Position numbers and translations under genes: made by a program. From contig CDLV01000004.1 of the NCBI GenBank assembly GCA_001244265.2, forward strand, positions 1,922,001-1,986,000: a DNA stretch of 64,000 nucleotides. The letters run 5' to 3'. Below, one piece after another: positions 39,364 to 51,929 of this stretch; within the stretch, counting starts at the first letter, position 1, and each line of letters begins with the position of its first letter. The DNA is from Microbotryum violaceum (lineage: Eukaryota). The notes below the pieces were generated by a model. That model was not told the origin of the DNA. It did not search any database and saw only the letters and a program-made list of their open reading frames with translations.

Positions 39364-42158
39364 ATGACATCGCCATCGTGTCGGCGCCGTCGAGGCCATC
39401 GCTTGTTGGCGCTCACGTTGATCGCGGCCACGGCCTCCGTCTCGACTAATGCCGCGATCATCTCGCCGTTGAAAGCACTTCGCGGCTCGCTCCTTCGGCG
39501 TGGGCCTCAGCCGTTCGACGTCGCCCCTCAACCGTTGTTGGTGGCACGAGCAGGGAATCGTGCCATTCGGTCGTCGCCGCACCCGAAAGCACCTGCCATA
39601 CCGACAGGCGGGGTGCACAACAGCAGCTCGAATGCGACTGTTGTGGAACATTTGCCCAATCCGACAGCCGTCGAAGGTCGATACGGTCATTCGGCCGTCT
39701 ACGTCCAAGAGACGAACTTGCTCTACTTTGTGGGAGGACAGTTGGGCGAGAATGGGACAACTGTGACGAACGAGGTGCTTGTTTTCAACCTTGCCAACTC
39801 GATTGTCTGGAACAGTCGCCCCTCGACCAGAATCCTTGACAACCCGCTCGCCGTTTCGAGCGTTTCGGAAGACCTTGATCCGCTTGCGTGGGCCGCGTCT
39901 GCAGTCGATGATTGCGGCAGAGCTTGGATCATTGGTGGGGTCACAGAGGACTGCGAGCACGATCATACCGTCCATCGGCTGGACATGAGCAATCTCACTC
40001 TCTCTGACGCCATCGAGGTCGGCGCCGAGTGGATCGTACCGCAGATAGTTTCTCATACGCCGCCTCGTCGTCGTCAAGCGCAAGCAGTGGCGATCTACAA
40101 CGCCACGGCACGATCAGATGATATCTACGTCTTTGGCGGCATCGCGGAACAATATACTTGCTCCGACGAGACGATCGGCTACCTCGGTATCGATCGATAC
40201 TCGACGACAGAGAATCACCATGGCCAGAACGAGGTCGAGTCATTTGCGTGGACAGCGCCGAGTGGCACAAGTGCCAAAACGTTTGAACCACCCGTCAGCG
40301 ATTACACGGCGACTGTGCTTGAGGGTGGACGCTTTGTCGCCATTCTGGGCGGCCAGACTGCTCACGGAGGTCTTGCTCCGTTTTCGGAAATTCTTGTCTT
40401 TGATTCGAGACTGAAAACATGGAATAAAAGGGTCAGTTCGAGGCCGCATGCTCCTGGTTCACGACTCATGACACCTGCTGATACAACGCAAGCTCACTGC
40501 AGATCGCAAGAGGCACCCCTCCGTCGCCCCGAATGGGCCATGTCGCGATCGCTCTCCCTTCCGGAGCCGTGCTGGTGCATGGTGGAATCCGCGAAGACCA
40601 CGCCGTCCTGAACGATATTCATCTGCTTACGCCTCCCAGCGACCTCAACTCGGATACCGCTCGATGGACCTGGTCCACTCTAATCCGCAATCGCCACTCG
40701 TCTCTCGCCTCCCCTAGCCGGGCATGGCACACAGCAACCCGACTCGTTTCAGGGACGGTCGTGTTCGCATTCGGAATCGACACGTCGACTGGATCGCCCT
40801 CCGATTCTATCTCGTTCTTTACTATCGACGAAAGCAAGGGCGAGTACTCATTTACACCCCAATTCCATGGGGAGTCCGCAGTCGCGCCTAGGCCCGGAAC
40901 GACGACTTCGTCTGTCCGATCTTCCACATCCTTCTCGAAGCAGAATACGACGAGCCATAAAGCCACGACCAAGTCCAAGAAGAAGAAGAAGAAGAAGCAC
41001 CACCCAACGTCACAGGCCGCAGCCGACACGACCTCGACGATCCCCTGGGCTACAGCAACGTATTTTGCGCAGCCGACTCAAGCCCCTGCGACGACACCCG
41101 CCGAGGACACACTCACGACGTCATCGAGCGCCAGTAGTGTCGCAGCAGTTCCCCCCGTATCTGCTTCTACGCAGCATGACGAAGCGTCGAGTAAGGCCGC
41201 GCAGCAGACGAAAACGATTGCCGCCTCGGTGGGCACACTGGTCGGTCTCGTTGCTCTCGTTGGTGTCGCCGCGATCTTCATCCGGCGCCGCAATTCTCAA
41301 AAGACGCGACACGAAGTACCAGATACACAGCTGGACATGACCCGTGGTGGAGGTAGTCAATTTGCGCCTATAGTTTCGAGCCTGATGTACACCCGACCTG
41401 TGCAAGCTCGCCAGCTCTCGTTAGGTAGCGCGATGTCGGCCAACAATGGTCACGTCGACGATTACTACCGCGGTAAACACGAGCAGGATGGCGATGCGGC
41501 TTCGTCGACGGGTGCGGTTTTTGATGCCGCATCACCAGACCCCTTCTCGGACCACCAGCGCGTAAGCGAGTTGGGTCAGTCCCACGTGGTTGGTCGGGTC
41601 GGTCCAGGAGGTTTCGTCGAGGCCGCTTCAGCAAGCTCGATCGAAACGCAACGCAAGAAGACCTCGATACTAGATGCCATCTCCCCGTCTCTCAGCGCAT
41701 CAGTCAAATCGATTCCTTTCCTCGCTGGCTTGTATCGAGCCGATTCCAATTCCTCCTACGCCGACACCTACACCGTTCGTACACCTTCGCAGCGGTCGCG
41801 CCGCCCGAGCCTCCAGGCTTCCTCTGTAGGCCCTTCGCTCCCACCTGGCGCTGCGGCTCCTGAAGGCCTGCCCTCGGGCACCGAACGCCCCTTACCTTCA
41901 CTTCAAGAATACGGCGTCGCGATGTCAGGCGATTCCGACCTCCCCGAAGCGGCCTTCATGAAGTTCTACTCCCGCTCCGCTTCAGGAAGCCGGAGTTCAT
42001 CCTTCGATTCCCGTATCGGTTGCGCCGGGATCGGAGCCAACGGTGGTGGTGGAGGCGGTTATGCGAGTCATCCTTCCGTCGACGTGGTACGATCCGATAC
42101 TTCGAGGATGAAGCCTTCGCGCGCTTCAACGGCTTTGAGAGTTACGAACGCCGATTGA
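39364..42158 (+). CDS. Kelch/galactose-oxidase-type beta-propeller type-I membrane protein
   Basis: N-terminal hydrophobic signal (LLALTLIAATASVS). Kelch repeats (GRYGHSAV..YFVGG, IYVFGG, RMGHVA..LVHGG, RAWHTAT), a Ser/Thr stalk and a TM segment IAASVGTLVGLVALVGVAAIFIRRR. One intron at 40432-40502. Confidence 0.88.
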
Positions 42159-42355
42159 GCTCGAGCATCTTACAGACATTTCTTTCTCTTGATCAGTTCC
42201 TTCGTCTTCCACCCACTTTTATGGCGGACACGGTCCACCCCTTAGTTTTATCCCCCCCCCCCCCCCCCCTTTCCTCGAATTAGCCTCTTCCCTCTTTCTT
42301 CCCATATTTTTACTATTTTGACCATTCCTGTTCCTTCATTTCATGGCATGAAATT

Positions 42356-43671
42356 TCAATACTCTGGAGCGGCACGACCGAATCGAACGCCGCGTTGATC
42401 AAAGTCCTGAGAGATGAGCACCTCTTCCGCCCAGCCGCTCTTGTTCGATCCGGCGTCGGGGATAGCGCAATTATCGACGCAGGTGAAGACGAGGAGCGAG
42501 TCGAAGGAGAAGTGGTCGTCCTTGAGGAAGGAAAGTAGCGTCGAGAGGATCTGGGATTATAAGTTCAGACCCCAAGCTCTCGTCAGCACGACATTTCCTG
42601 ATAGTTGCTCACGTCCGCAACTCACCTGGAATTCGACCTGTCGTTTGGCCCCACACAACGAACAAGGCTGCACCTGATCCGACGTGACTTTCTTCTTGTT
42701 CGCCCATAAGGGTTGAGGATCCTCTACACCCGGCAATCGATAGAAGCGCAGTACTTGCTTGGGCACTCGTTCGACACGTTCTTGGAATGTGAGGAACACC
42801 TTGTCGACGCCGGATTGGGTGTCGGGCAAGTCGGCGTCTTCGGCGGCGCCTTCGGTGGGTTGTCGATCCGACTCTGTTCCATCTCAAAGATCGATGGTGA
42901 GCAAGCACAAACATTTGCAACGTAAGGACGTCTCCTCAACTCACCTAGGTAGGAATCCTCATAAGGTTCGGACTCGCATATGACATCCCACTCTGGCCAC
43001 ATGGAAGGCGCAGCATGTACCGATCCCGCCAAAGCCGTAGTAGGGTCCAATGCAGCTTCTGCAGGAACCGTCGCATAATTCCCACAAGTCAGCCATATCA
43101 CACATATCTCAGGTCTTTCCCCAATTCGAATCTTACTCACCCAATTCCCTCCTCCTCTTCTGCGTCTCCTCAGTATGCGGATAAAACTCATTCGGACTAG
43201 GCATCTGCACCCTCCACACCTTCATCGCCTTGCCCGCATCCTTACTCGAGCATTCCTTCCTTGGACACGTGAAGACAAAGAGTGATCGGGCTGCGGCATG
43301 CGGTCGGGTGGCGTCGGGGGAATTGACCTTTATCACCAAGGAGGGAGAGATCAGTCACACGTCCAAGGCTGACGATCAGTTACACGTCTGAGGCTGACCA
43401 ACAGCGAAGTGGTACTGACCTGCAACAACATCGCCATCGTCTTCCCACACTTGGGGCATGCGACCTGACTCGTTTCGAGTGGGGACCGAGGATCCAACCA
43501 CACCGGTTTCCCACTGACCTTCCCAATCGCGAAATCAATGTTCCATTCCTTATCTCGCGCCGACATGGGTTGCAGTAGACCCAATTCGACTTCCTCGTCG
43601 TCGTCGTCAAAGTCTTCATCATCGGAATATTCCTGCTCTTCTCCACTCTCCATCTCGACATCATCCGCAGC
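42356..43671 (-). CDS. TSR4: Tsr4/PDCD2-like moiety (uS5/Rps2 chaperone family) of the fusion gene
   Basis: VELG..GKVSGKPVWL..CPKCGKTMAMLLQ ^ VNSP..RSLFVFTC...FQERVERVPKQVLRFYR..PLW..CSLCGAKRQVEFQ ^ ILSTLL..FDSLLVFTC..C..WAEE. Stop at 42356-42358. Confidence 0.88.
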
Positions 43672-46600
43672 ACCTCCCCGTAGTCGCAGTGCATCAGCTT
43701 GCTCATCAACAGCCATGACCGATGCACCCGCAGACATCGAAGCCTCCCGTGCCACCGTAGCTTTGGGCGAATCGACAATGTTCTTAAAGTCTTCCGTCAT
43801 CGTTGAGTCCTCGTAAGGAGGTGCCTCATCATCAATGGCAAGGTCGACAACGACAGGCGAAGAAGGTGTCAAATTCGCCTCGATAGGGGGCAAGATCTCG
43901 ATCACGTCTTCGGCCGTGGTGGGAGGGCCTCTCACGCAGAGGGGCGGTGAAGGAGGCGCAAGCTCCATCTGAGGCGTCGCGGGGCCTGAGAGTCGGTCGA
44001 CCCAGGGTTCTTCTTCCGCCATGGGAGGTGTCGGTGGCAAGCGTTCGAGAGGCGGCGTCCACGTCTCGACAATTTCGGTCGGTAATTCGGAAGCGAAACT
44101 GTGGTTGTCTTGGAGTATGAGGGAACGAAGGACGGAAGGGATCGTGATGGAGGTGTCGGCTCCGGAGCCGTCGTTGCCGTGTGCAAGTTTGGGGTTATCG
44201 TAAAAAAGCAACGTCGCGCCAGCGCTCATCATCAGACCTGACGGATCAGAGACGACTTGCTCGAACGAGACCTGTGGGTGGCAACTACCGCAATCAGCCA
44301 TGATCTCACTCAAAGCAGGGACATTAGCCTTCCAGTCACCTCTTCCTTCTCCAGATCCTTGATTCTCCACCACTTGCCCTCCTCCTTGACCACAGCCCAC
44401 GAACTACCCCTCCCATTCAAACCATTCCTCATCAACACGGCCTTCAACTCATAAGGTCCCCTTCTTTTCCACTCGTCCCCATCGAACGTTGCGTCGATCG
44501 TCTCCCTCAATTCCTCAATGACCTTATCGCACCCTCGAATCTTCTTCTGTACCTCTTGCTCAATCTTCTCATAGGCGATTTTCAACCTCCTTCTCCTCTC
44601 TTTTCCTACATCGTCCACACCCTCCTCTTCCTCGTCCTTGTCCAAATACTCCCTCGTGTCCCTGATCAACCCCAACGCCTCCTTCCCCTCCAGAGTGCTA
44701 CTCAACCTGTTCCTCATCCTCTCCAAATCCTCCACCTGCCTCCTCAAATCATACACCAGAGCTCTCTTTTCCGCAATCTCAAGCCTCCTCGAAGCATCAT
44801 AACGATCCAACCAAAGCGTTTCTTCAAACTTGACGCCTCGTCGACTTCGTTTCCTCGGAGCGCCTACGCTCACGTTCGCCTCGCCGTGTTTGGAAAGTGC
44901 CTTGTGAATCGAAGACGAGCCGAAGCCATCCAAGGACATGATGCCTTCTTCATAACGATCCAATCGTACGATAAGCGATTGAGAGAAATGCGTGATCAGG
45001 CTGAACGAGGCGGGTTTCCCTGTCGAGGGTAATGGTAGTTCATTGAGGTTCGCGTCGATGAATTGGTACAACGTAGGCGCAGAGACACCGACGAAGAAGG
45101 TGGGGACTCGTAGCCGAAGGATCTGTGATTTTCAGAGATGGTCGTTGTGAGTGTAGGTTCCGTCGACGCAGGCCAATTTTCATACGCGTACGGCAATACT
45201 ATCCCCAATCGGGTACGCCATATTCTCGTCCAGCGGCTCAGCAAGCGACACCGGATTGTTATTGAACGTCTTGCCCGACAACGAGAATCTCTGCACCACC
45301 TTTTGAACAGCCAATGGTCGTTCATCCAAAGGCAATGCCTTGGCGTCGAGGGTCGAATACAATCGGAAGGTGTCGATCAACCCTTTGATCATGGTCGATA
45401 CGTCTTCAACTGCACCGATGCGGGTGGGTAGACGGAGGAGGCCGTTGGGGTCGAGGACTTGGGTCGCTTCGGTGATGTGGAGGAAGGAACGCTTCGTTTC
45501 TTGCATCAGGGTAAAGAGGCGTTGGATCGCGATGAGGGCTGCGGGGAGAGTAAGCCTGTGATCAGCCAGGCCAACAGTCTCACCACAAATATTGAACACC
45601 AACTGACCCCATACCGGGTCCTTCTCATCCCTTGCGGTGCCCTCCAAAGCCGGTGGTTCGGTGCCATCCCATATGCCCTGCAAGGATTTGGAGCATCCGA
45701 GGTCGAATTGGTTCGGCCTGAACTTGAGCACGGCTTTGCGCCAAGTCGGAACGGCGTAGAGGCATTGGATGAAGGACGACAAGAGGCCGAGGAGCGCCGA
45801 GGTCGATCGTACGATTACGGGTCTGTGGAGCCAACGGGCGGAGGTCAGACTGGGATCTCCGAAGCAGCGAGCTCCTTCTGAGACTCACCCTTGATCGGGT
45901 TGTCGGATCCTATCCTCTGGCTTGATGGCCGCAATGGGTGCTCCGCCCGGTCCCATTTGATCCCTCAAATCGCCCAAGCTCAACGAGATGGCCTTTTCGA
46001 TATCATCGTCGCCTGCTTCGAGCCCGCGGTTCTGCGTCGACTCCGCCCCGGATTTGCGCTGTTCGTCGGGCCCGATCATCTTGGTATCGGTGCCCATCGC
46101 AGTGGAAGTGACCATATTTGCGTTGGAACTCGCCATTTCAGCCTCCTGCATGCTCATCGCAATCGCTCTCTGATAATCAGACTCCTCATCGTTCGAAGAG
46201 GGACCGAGCGTCGCAGTAGAGGACGAAGCCGGCCCGAGGCTGAATCTCCGTCCTGCTTTGGTCGATTGTTCGAGCGCGTCGGCGAGTTGGTGCGGGTCGA
46301 AACCGCCGTAGGGTTTGATGGGGTCGGTCTCTTCGTCGAGGGTTAGATCAACGTCGGGAGACCACTTCGATCGGGCTATGCAAGGGGGGGAGGAGGGAGT
46401 CAGTGTGCGGAGGGAAGGAGGAGAGGCACGTGCCCGAATCGAATCGCTTACGAGACTTGAAGGGGACGAGTGCGGTCGAAGCAGGTCTTGCTTCATGGTA
46501 ATCTTGAGGGGGGCCAAAGGATGCCGAGCTAGGTCCATAAGGAGGAGGCAATCTGTCCCCGTCGGCATCGGCGTACGGGTGTTCATGGCTGGTCGTCTTG

Positions 46601-46934
46601 GCTGTCGTCGCAGCAGATGCGGCCGGTGCTGGTGATGGTGCTGGTGCCGGTGATGATGATGTATCAACGATGATGTCGGTATCATCTCCAAGGTTTTCGC
46701 CACACAGAAGGGCATCCAAAGCATGATCGAAATTAGTGCCCTTGCGCTGTAAAGGAAGTTCAGAGACAGGCTCGGGCAGCTGATCAGGTTCACTGCGATC
46801 TCGTAGACGGCGACTCGAGCTGGAATGACGATGATGGAACTGACCCGCACAGCTCGGACCGCATCAGCGGCGGGGAAGCCCATCTGCTTCAGTTGCTCGA
46901 CCGTCTTGTCCTCGAGCAAGGTCAGCTGCGTCAT
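42356..46934 (-). CDS. UBA + UIM + catalytically dead USP-fold protein fused in frame, through an LRLRGG linker, to Tsr4/PDCD2L
   Basis: UBA 'VEQLKQMGF'. UIMs DYQRAIAMSMQE and DIEKAISLSLGD. Degenerate Cys box PVIVRSTSALLGLLSSFIQCLYAVPTWR and His box YELKAVLMRNGLNGRGSSW..WWRIKD. Phase-0 intron 44272-44339, then one uninterrupted exon into the Tsr4 domain. Confidence 0.82.
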
Positions 46935-47402
46935 GGCTGAGCGGAGCTGCTGCTGGAGCTTGAGTTGGAGATTGAATTGGAGAGAGAAAGAGACGGGGAG
47001 GGGGAGGGGAGGGAAGGAGCAGGAAGGAGTAGGAAGGGCGGCAGCTCGGCACTCGCGAGCTCAGGCGCTCCTTCCAGTTGGTTCGTAAAGAGTTCGTGAT
47101 CGAGCCTCGCTCCGAGTAGAGCGTACTAGGACCAGTCCAGGATAGGACTCGGGTTAATTCAAAAAACATCGCACATGGTTGGGGTCTTCCAGCACCGGAC
47201 AACCCCAGCAACCCCCGTGCAAGTGCATATGTCTTCGGCGCTCCTTGGCGCTCCTCGGCGCTCCTCGTCGGGAACATGGTTTCGGTCCACTCTTGAATGC
47301 TTCATTGGAGTCCACACAAAATGAATACAACATACATCTCCCAGACAACAAACCCCTTGAACATCGCACAGCAAGTACCCACCACTCGGTCCCCACCACC
47401 AT

Positions 47403-48313
47403 CTACCTCCCCGGAGGTGTGTAATCCTTGGACAGGTCGACCTTGCCCTTCAAGTGTGTATTAGTCAACTTGATCCTCCGATTCGCCGAGCCGGGTCCCT
47501 TGCGCCCTTTACCCCTCGGGTTCTTGTTCTGGTTCCTCGGCAAATCGGACGCGACCGTCGAGGCCGTCGTGAGACCGGCTGTTGAGCGCAGGTACAATAC
47601 TGCATCAGTAGAGTTCACGATCAAAGTAGACCTAGACCGATTGGGTGTGCCCCGTACCTTCGTTCAGTTGGACGCTCAACTCCTCCTTGGTCGGCGCCTT
47701 CAGTTTCTTCCACAGGTTCAAAAACTCGTCGTCGATTCGGGGTCGTTTGGGGAACTCGTTCCGGAAAACGGCCTTCATAGCGCCTTCTCGTTCGGCCGAG
47801 CCTCCCGTCCGAGTGACGTAGACCTTGCCTTCTTGTTCTAGTTCTTCGATCGCGGGGACGACGTTGGGCCAAGACGCGCGCAGGTTCTTGACCGAGAGGC
47901 CACCGCGACTCGAGTAGCGCATGACCAAGTTCTCGAGGTCGAATTTGGATTTGATGTCATAGTCGGGCTGGGATAGGTAAAGAAAGGTCAGCCACGGATG
48001 CGCGTAACCTGGTGCCCCCCAAAAGTGACTCGTGCCGCACCTTGTAGCTGAACAGGCCCGTCTTGTCATCGACCACGACCTTTTCATGACTCCTGAAGTT
48101 GCTCAGCAGTTCCGCATTCGACAATAAAGCCTCGACACCCGAAAGCAATGCCAGGTCCTCGAGTCGGATTGGGTGGGCGTGCTGCTTGAGGAAGTGTACA
48201 GCCGAGACGAGTTGGGTCTTCCAATGCCGTCCGATGCCCGTGTCGGCCGGACCGACTTGGCGCGGTGCTTGGCGGGCGGGAAGTTTGGCCGGTGCGTTCG
48301 AGGGAGGGAACAT
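47403..48313 (-). CDS. TFA2: Transcription initiation factor IIE beta subunit
   Basis: TQLVSAVHFLK..GLFSYK ^ PDYDIKSK..GGLSVKNLRASWP..IEELEQEGKV..IDDEFLNLW..RRIKLTNTHL. Two introns. Confidence 0.93.
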
Positions 48314-48354
48314 TGCCACACGAAGGAGAGGGGAGGAGTGCGCCGTCTCGTTGC

Positions 48355-48385
<31 letters not shown>

Positions 48386-48504
48386 CGGTGGGACCCCCGA
48401 AAGCCCGGCCTGAGGCGCGTAGTGCCCGACTGGACAAATTGTGGGCCTCAGATAGGACCCGGGTACCTCGGGCAGACATAAAAAATACGGGGCGGTACCG
48501 GTGC

Positions 48505-48660
48505 TGGGGGGTGCGCTTGCGCTAACTCGCGCGCGCCAAATTGAGTTGGCGCAATTGAGTTGGCGCAGTCGAGCGCCCGAGTTAGCGCACTTGAGTTAGC
48601 ACACCGCGCGCGCGTGAGTTGGCGCACTTGAGTTGGCGCACTGAGTTGGCGCAATCAGGC
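48505..48660. repeat. Array of 'gagttggcgca' units with inverted copies, probably a transposon subterminal region
   Basis: At least 7 direct gagtt(g/a)gc(g/a)ca units, plus an inverted 'tgcgctaactc'. Confidence 0.8.
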
Positions 48661-48909
48661 GCGCCGCACGCGGCGATCCCCTTGTCTTCATGCTGCAACG
48701 TGCCATATTCTACGATGCAACTACTGTTACGCTTCTTTCGGCAACGAAGCGCCGATAACACGGATGACAAAATGTAGCAGTTGGCAAAGCTATCTGGGGC
48801 AAGGTTGCAACAAGCAAAGGTCAGTTACTACGGACTTGCGCCAGTCCTGGCGCCGGGGCTGGAGCTGATGTATGTATCTCGGACTATCCCCTTTCACTAG
48901 TCCCTTCCC

Positions 48910-50590
48910 CTAGCAAAACTCGGAATGACGTGGAAAGAAGCGGTCCGTTCGCCGGTATGGAATAAGAAGCTTTGGAGACGCGTTCGTCGATGGATCCCTC
49001 CGCCAAGCATTCTCGAGCCTTTGGTCCGGGAGCTCTTTGAGAAGCTCGGTCGATGCGAAGTCGAAGCAACCACTTTTCAACCAAGCGGAGCACGAGGCAG
49101 CGAAGAGATGTCGCGATTCGGAAAGGCCAAGTATCGGATCCAGTTGGCATCGAGCTGTACACCGACCTTGGGCCTTGCGGAGGGCCAGATGGGAAGGCGG
49201 ATGACGGTGTCCGTTTATATTCCTGCCAGCGCGACACCAACAGTCTCGAAGGAGGCATCCATCGGAACCTTCGCCAACGATTTCCAAAGTCTGGTGTTTC
49301 TCCGTGCCATGTCAATGCGTGCATGGCTGACTACGTGCTAGTGCACAATCTCACGGTCAGTCCAACTCCACCATCGCAATTCGAAGAAGCGGCAACCATT
49401 CTCACCCATTCTCCCTTGTATTCGCAGGTTGGGACGTTCAATCGTACCGAAAAACCATTCGTGGGGCACTACGACCTCTGGCTCACTGTGGAATTACATC
49501 GTCTGAGGCGCAAAACCTCGGCATTTTTCCCACGGCACTCAACCACCGTGTCAGATATAGTCAACCCGCTGCTCTACACCCCATCCACCGAAACATTCGG
49601 CATCGTACCTGTTGTTCAGTCGCCAACAGCGCAAATGCGCTTTTTGATCGAGCCCTATCAAGTCGAGCGCGGGACTCTGCGTTTGGAGCCCATCAAGTGG
49701 TCGCCACGAAACTTGCTGCAAACAATACGCCGGCGATACAGCATATGCAAAGCCGGCTGCCGACCGATCGCAAGCTTCGCCACGACTGGCCAGCGGAACG
49801 TCAGGGTACTCGATTCGCTGTATTGTATGTCCATACACCCAGCGAACGAGCGCTATACATATATCTCTCAAGCAAGGTACGACTGGGAGCTCCTCAAAAT
49901 CTTCGGATATTCGAGATTACCGAGCCTTGGAACAAGTATGCCAACGGACTAGACATTTTTTACAAAGTATGTCGTCTGTGTCACACTGAATGGTGATGTT
50001 GAGCTGAAGCGCAATCCTCACACAGATGCCAGAGCACATCAATACATGGGCACCGAGATGGTCGTCGCTAGCAAATGCTCAAGCCACAATGAACATGGGT
50101 GGGAACGACGTCATAGTGATTCAAGCTTTGCTTACCGATCCCTCCCGCGGTCGTGATGTTAGCATGCTAGCGGCTAAGCCATTACTCGGTTACAAACCGC
50201 CTGTCTTGGGGAGGCTTACAGAGGTAGAAGTCGATTCTCGGATCCTCCAACGTCAACCATCCTCCCCTTTGTTGCAACTGCCTCGAGCGACGCTGGTTCG
50301 AGCGCGGACTTGGGCACAAGCAGCGCTTTGACGCGCGCGGGTACCACAAAAAGGGCAAGGCACTGTCGATTATGTGGGCAAACTACTTGTCGACGCAAGG
50401 GGCAAACCTAAGCGATGACGGATCGGTGAATGAGTGTGACGGGGCGTGTTTGGACTGCGGGAAGCCTTTCGGGCTGACAGACAAGATGGATCCGAACGAC
50501 CCACAATCACTCTGTAGAGGACTGACAAGGGCTGAGATGAATGGCCGAGCTTGGCATCAAAAGAAGTGTCACAACTTTGTAGCTGTATGA
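48910..50590 (+). pseudogene. C-terminal fragment of a putative transposase-like protein (RGTNxxEG type)
   Basis: RRVRRWIPPP..G.VSDP.GIELY..LYSCQRDTNSLEGGIH..GHYDLW and a Cys-rich end. Frameshifts, 5' part missing. Family assignment is from memory of repeat-borne basidiomycete proteins. Confidence 0.55.
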
Positions 50591-50728
50591 TACCTGCGTA
50601 ATATGAAGTATGTTGTCAAAATGACTTGTTCCGTACCACTTCCTCTCTTTCTCGTTTTTCACCTCCCCCTCCCTCTTCTTTCTCCAAGTTCTTTCTCTAC
50701 CCTCCCTCTTCTCCTTTCCCCCCTTTTT

Positions 50729-51209
50729 TATGAGGCGCCTTTGGGGACATGAGAAGCGCGCGCGCGCGCAGAAAAGAATTGCATTACACAGCACTGCGCG
50801 CGGGGAAAAAAAATGGTTCGGGGTGGTCAACCCTCGGGAGGCGTCGAGTGGCTGAGTTCTGAGAGTTGACGACGGCGCTTTACGTCTGCTTCGGTCCCCC
50901 TTCAGTTCCCATCGCCCGAGATGGCTACGCTGCCACCCGTTCTCACCAACTTTCGTCCTGCCCAGCTCATTGCACTGACAGATGCCCGCAACACTGCTCT
51001 CGCTAACGTGTATCACCTGGTCAATCTCGACGTGACTGAGCGGGACATTTTTCTGGCCATTCCCGAAGCCATACGCGTTCTTCATTCAGAGATGTTGATT
51101 TTGCAGGGCTACGAACCTCGGATGAAGCGTCGCTACTTCACTGATGCTCTGCGTGAGCTTGACCATGCGATGCAGCGGTTACAGGCAATCACCCGTCAAG
51201 GTCCCACCC
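50729..51209 (+). mobile_element. Left end and transposase N-terminus (ATG 50921) of the IS3EU-like element whose remainder lies at 3886 and below
   Basis: Terminus TATGAGGCGCC (50729-50739) is shared with the reverse complement of 55938-55948. The leader and MATL start are homologous to 55690-55790. The ORF joins in frame to 3886. Confidence 0.82.
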
Positions 51210-51885
51210 TGGCGACCTTGGGACCGGGGCATAGTAGCGAAGGTTTGTTCTTGAATGAGTGTCACTAAAATTGGATGAGAGCGAGAGGGAGAAAGGAAAG
51301 GTTCGAGGGAGTGGCGCAGGATTGTTTACGTGGTTTGATTTGTTGTTCAGCCCCTAATACCGCTGGTCGACTGCCGGAATGACACTCCACCGCCGGCGCA
51401 CCGCATCACGTGACAAACGCCAGCCCTCGCCTCGCACGTCAGGCAGAGCTCTGCTGTAGAAGCAATATCATGCAAAGCCACGCGCTTGCGGTTCATTAAA
51501 TGCAATATGAGTGGAAGCATTGTTTTATGTCAGCGAAAAAAAGAAGGAAAATACTGGGAGCGCTGTAGCTTCGTTGGAACGGCGCGGAAAATACAAAAGT
51601 CACCACAGGGCTTGTACATGACTTCTGATCGGAACATGAACACCACAGGCAGGTGCGGCAGACACAACAGTATGCTGGTAGACCCACCACAGGCAGCCCT
51701 CCAGGCCGCAACCTAGTTAAAAACAGCGATTTTAGGTACATTCCTTAACTCACACTTTTTTTACTAGTTAGGGTAAACTTAGGGTAACTATATAATAAAA
51801 TAGGCCGTCGAGACAAAGAACGTTCTAGAACGAGACAAACCACGTGGCGTGACGTCATGGCGCGCGAAGCGCGCCACCGCACTAG
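51210..51885. mobile_element. Upstream part of Helitron copy A displaced by the inversion, ending in a plus-strand Helitron 3' terminus
   Basis: Matches 38115-38740. Ends ggcgcgc-gaa-gcgcgcc (51859-51875), accgca, CTAG (51882-51885), then T. Confidence 0.82.
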
Positions 51886-51929
51886 TATAGAGGTAGTAAT
51901 ATCCTCCGAGCCAGAACTAACTAACTATC

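Noticed and set aside
48505-48660. CRISPR or telomeric repeat
   Set aside because: The 11-bp units are irregularly spaced and include inverted copies, which fits a transposon subterminal array better.
50921-51268. 115-aa ORF as a small standalone gene
   Set aside because: It is a chimera of the transposase N-terminus and antisense Helitron sequence.
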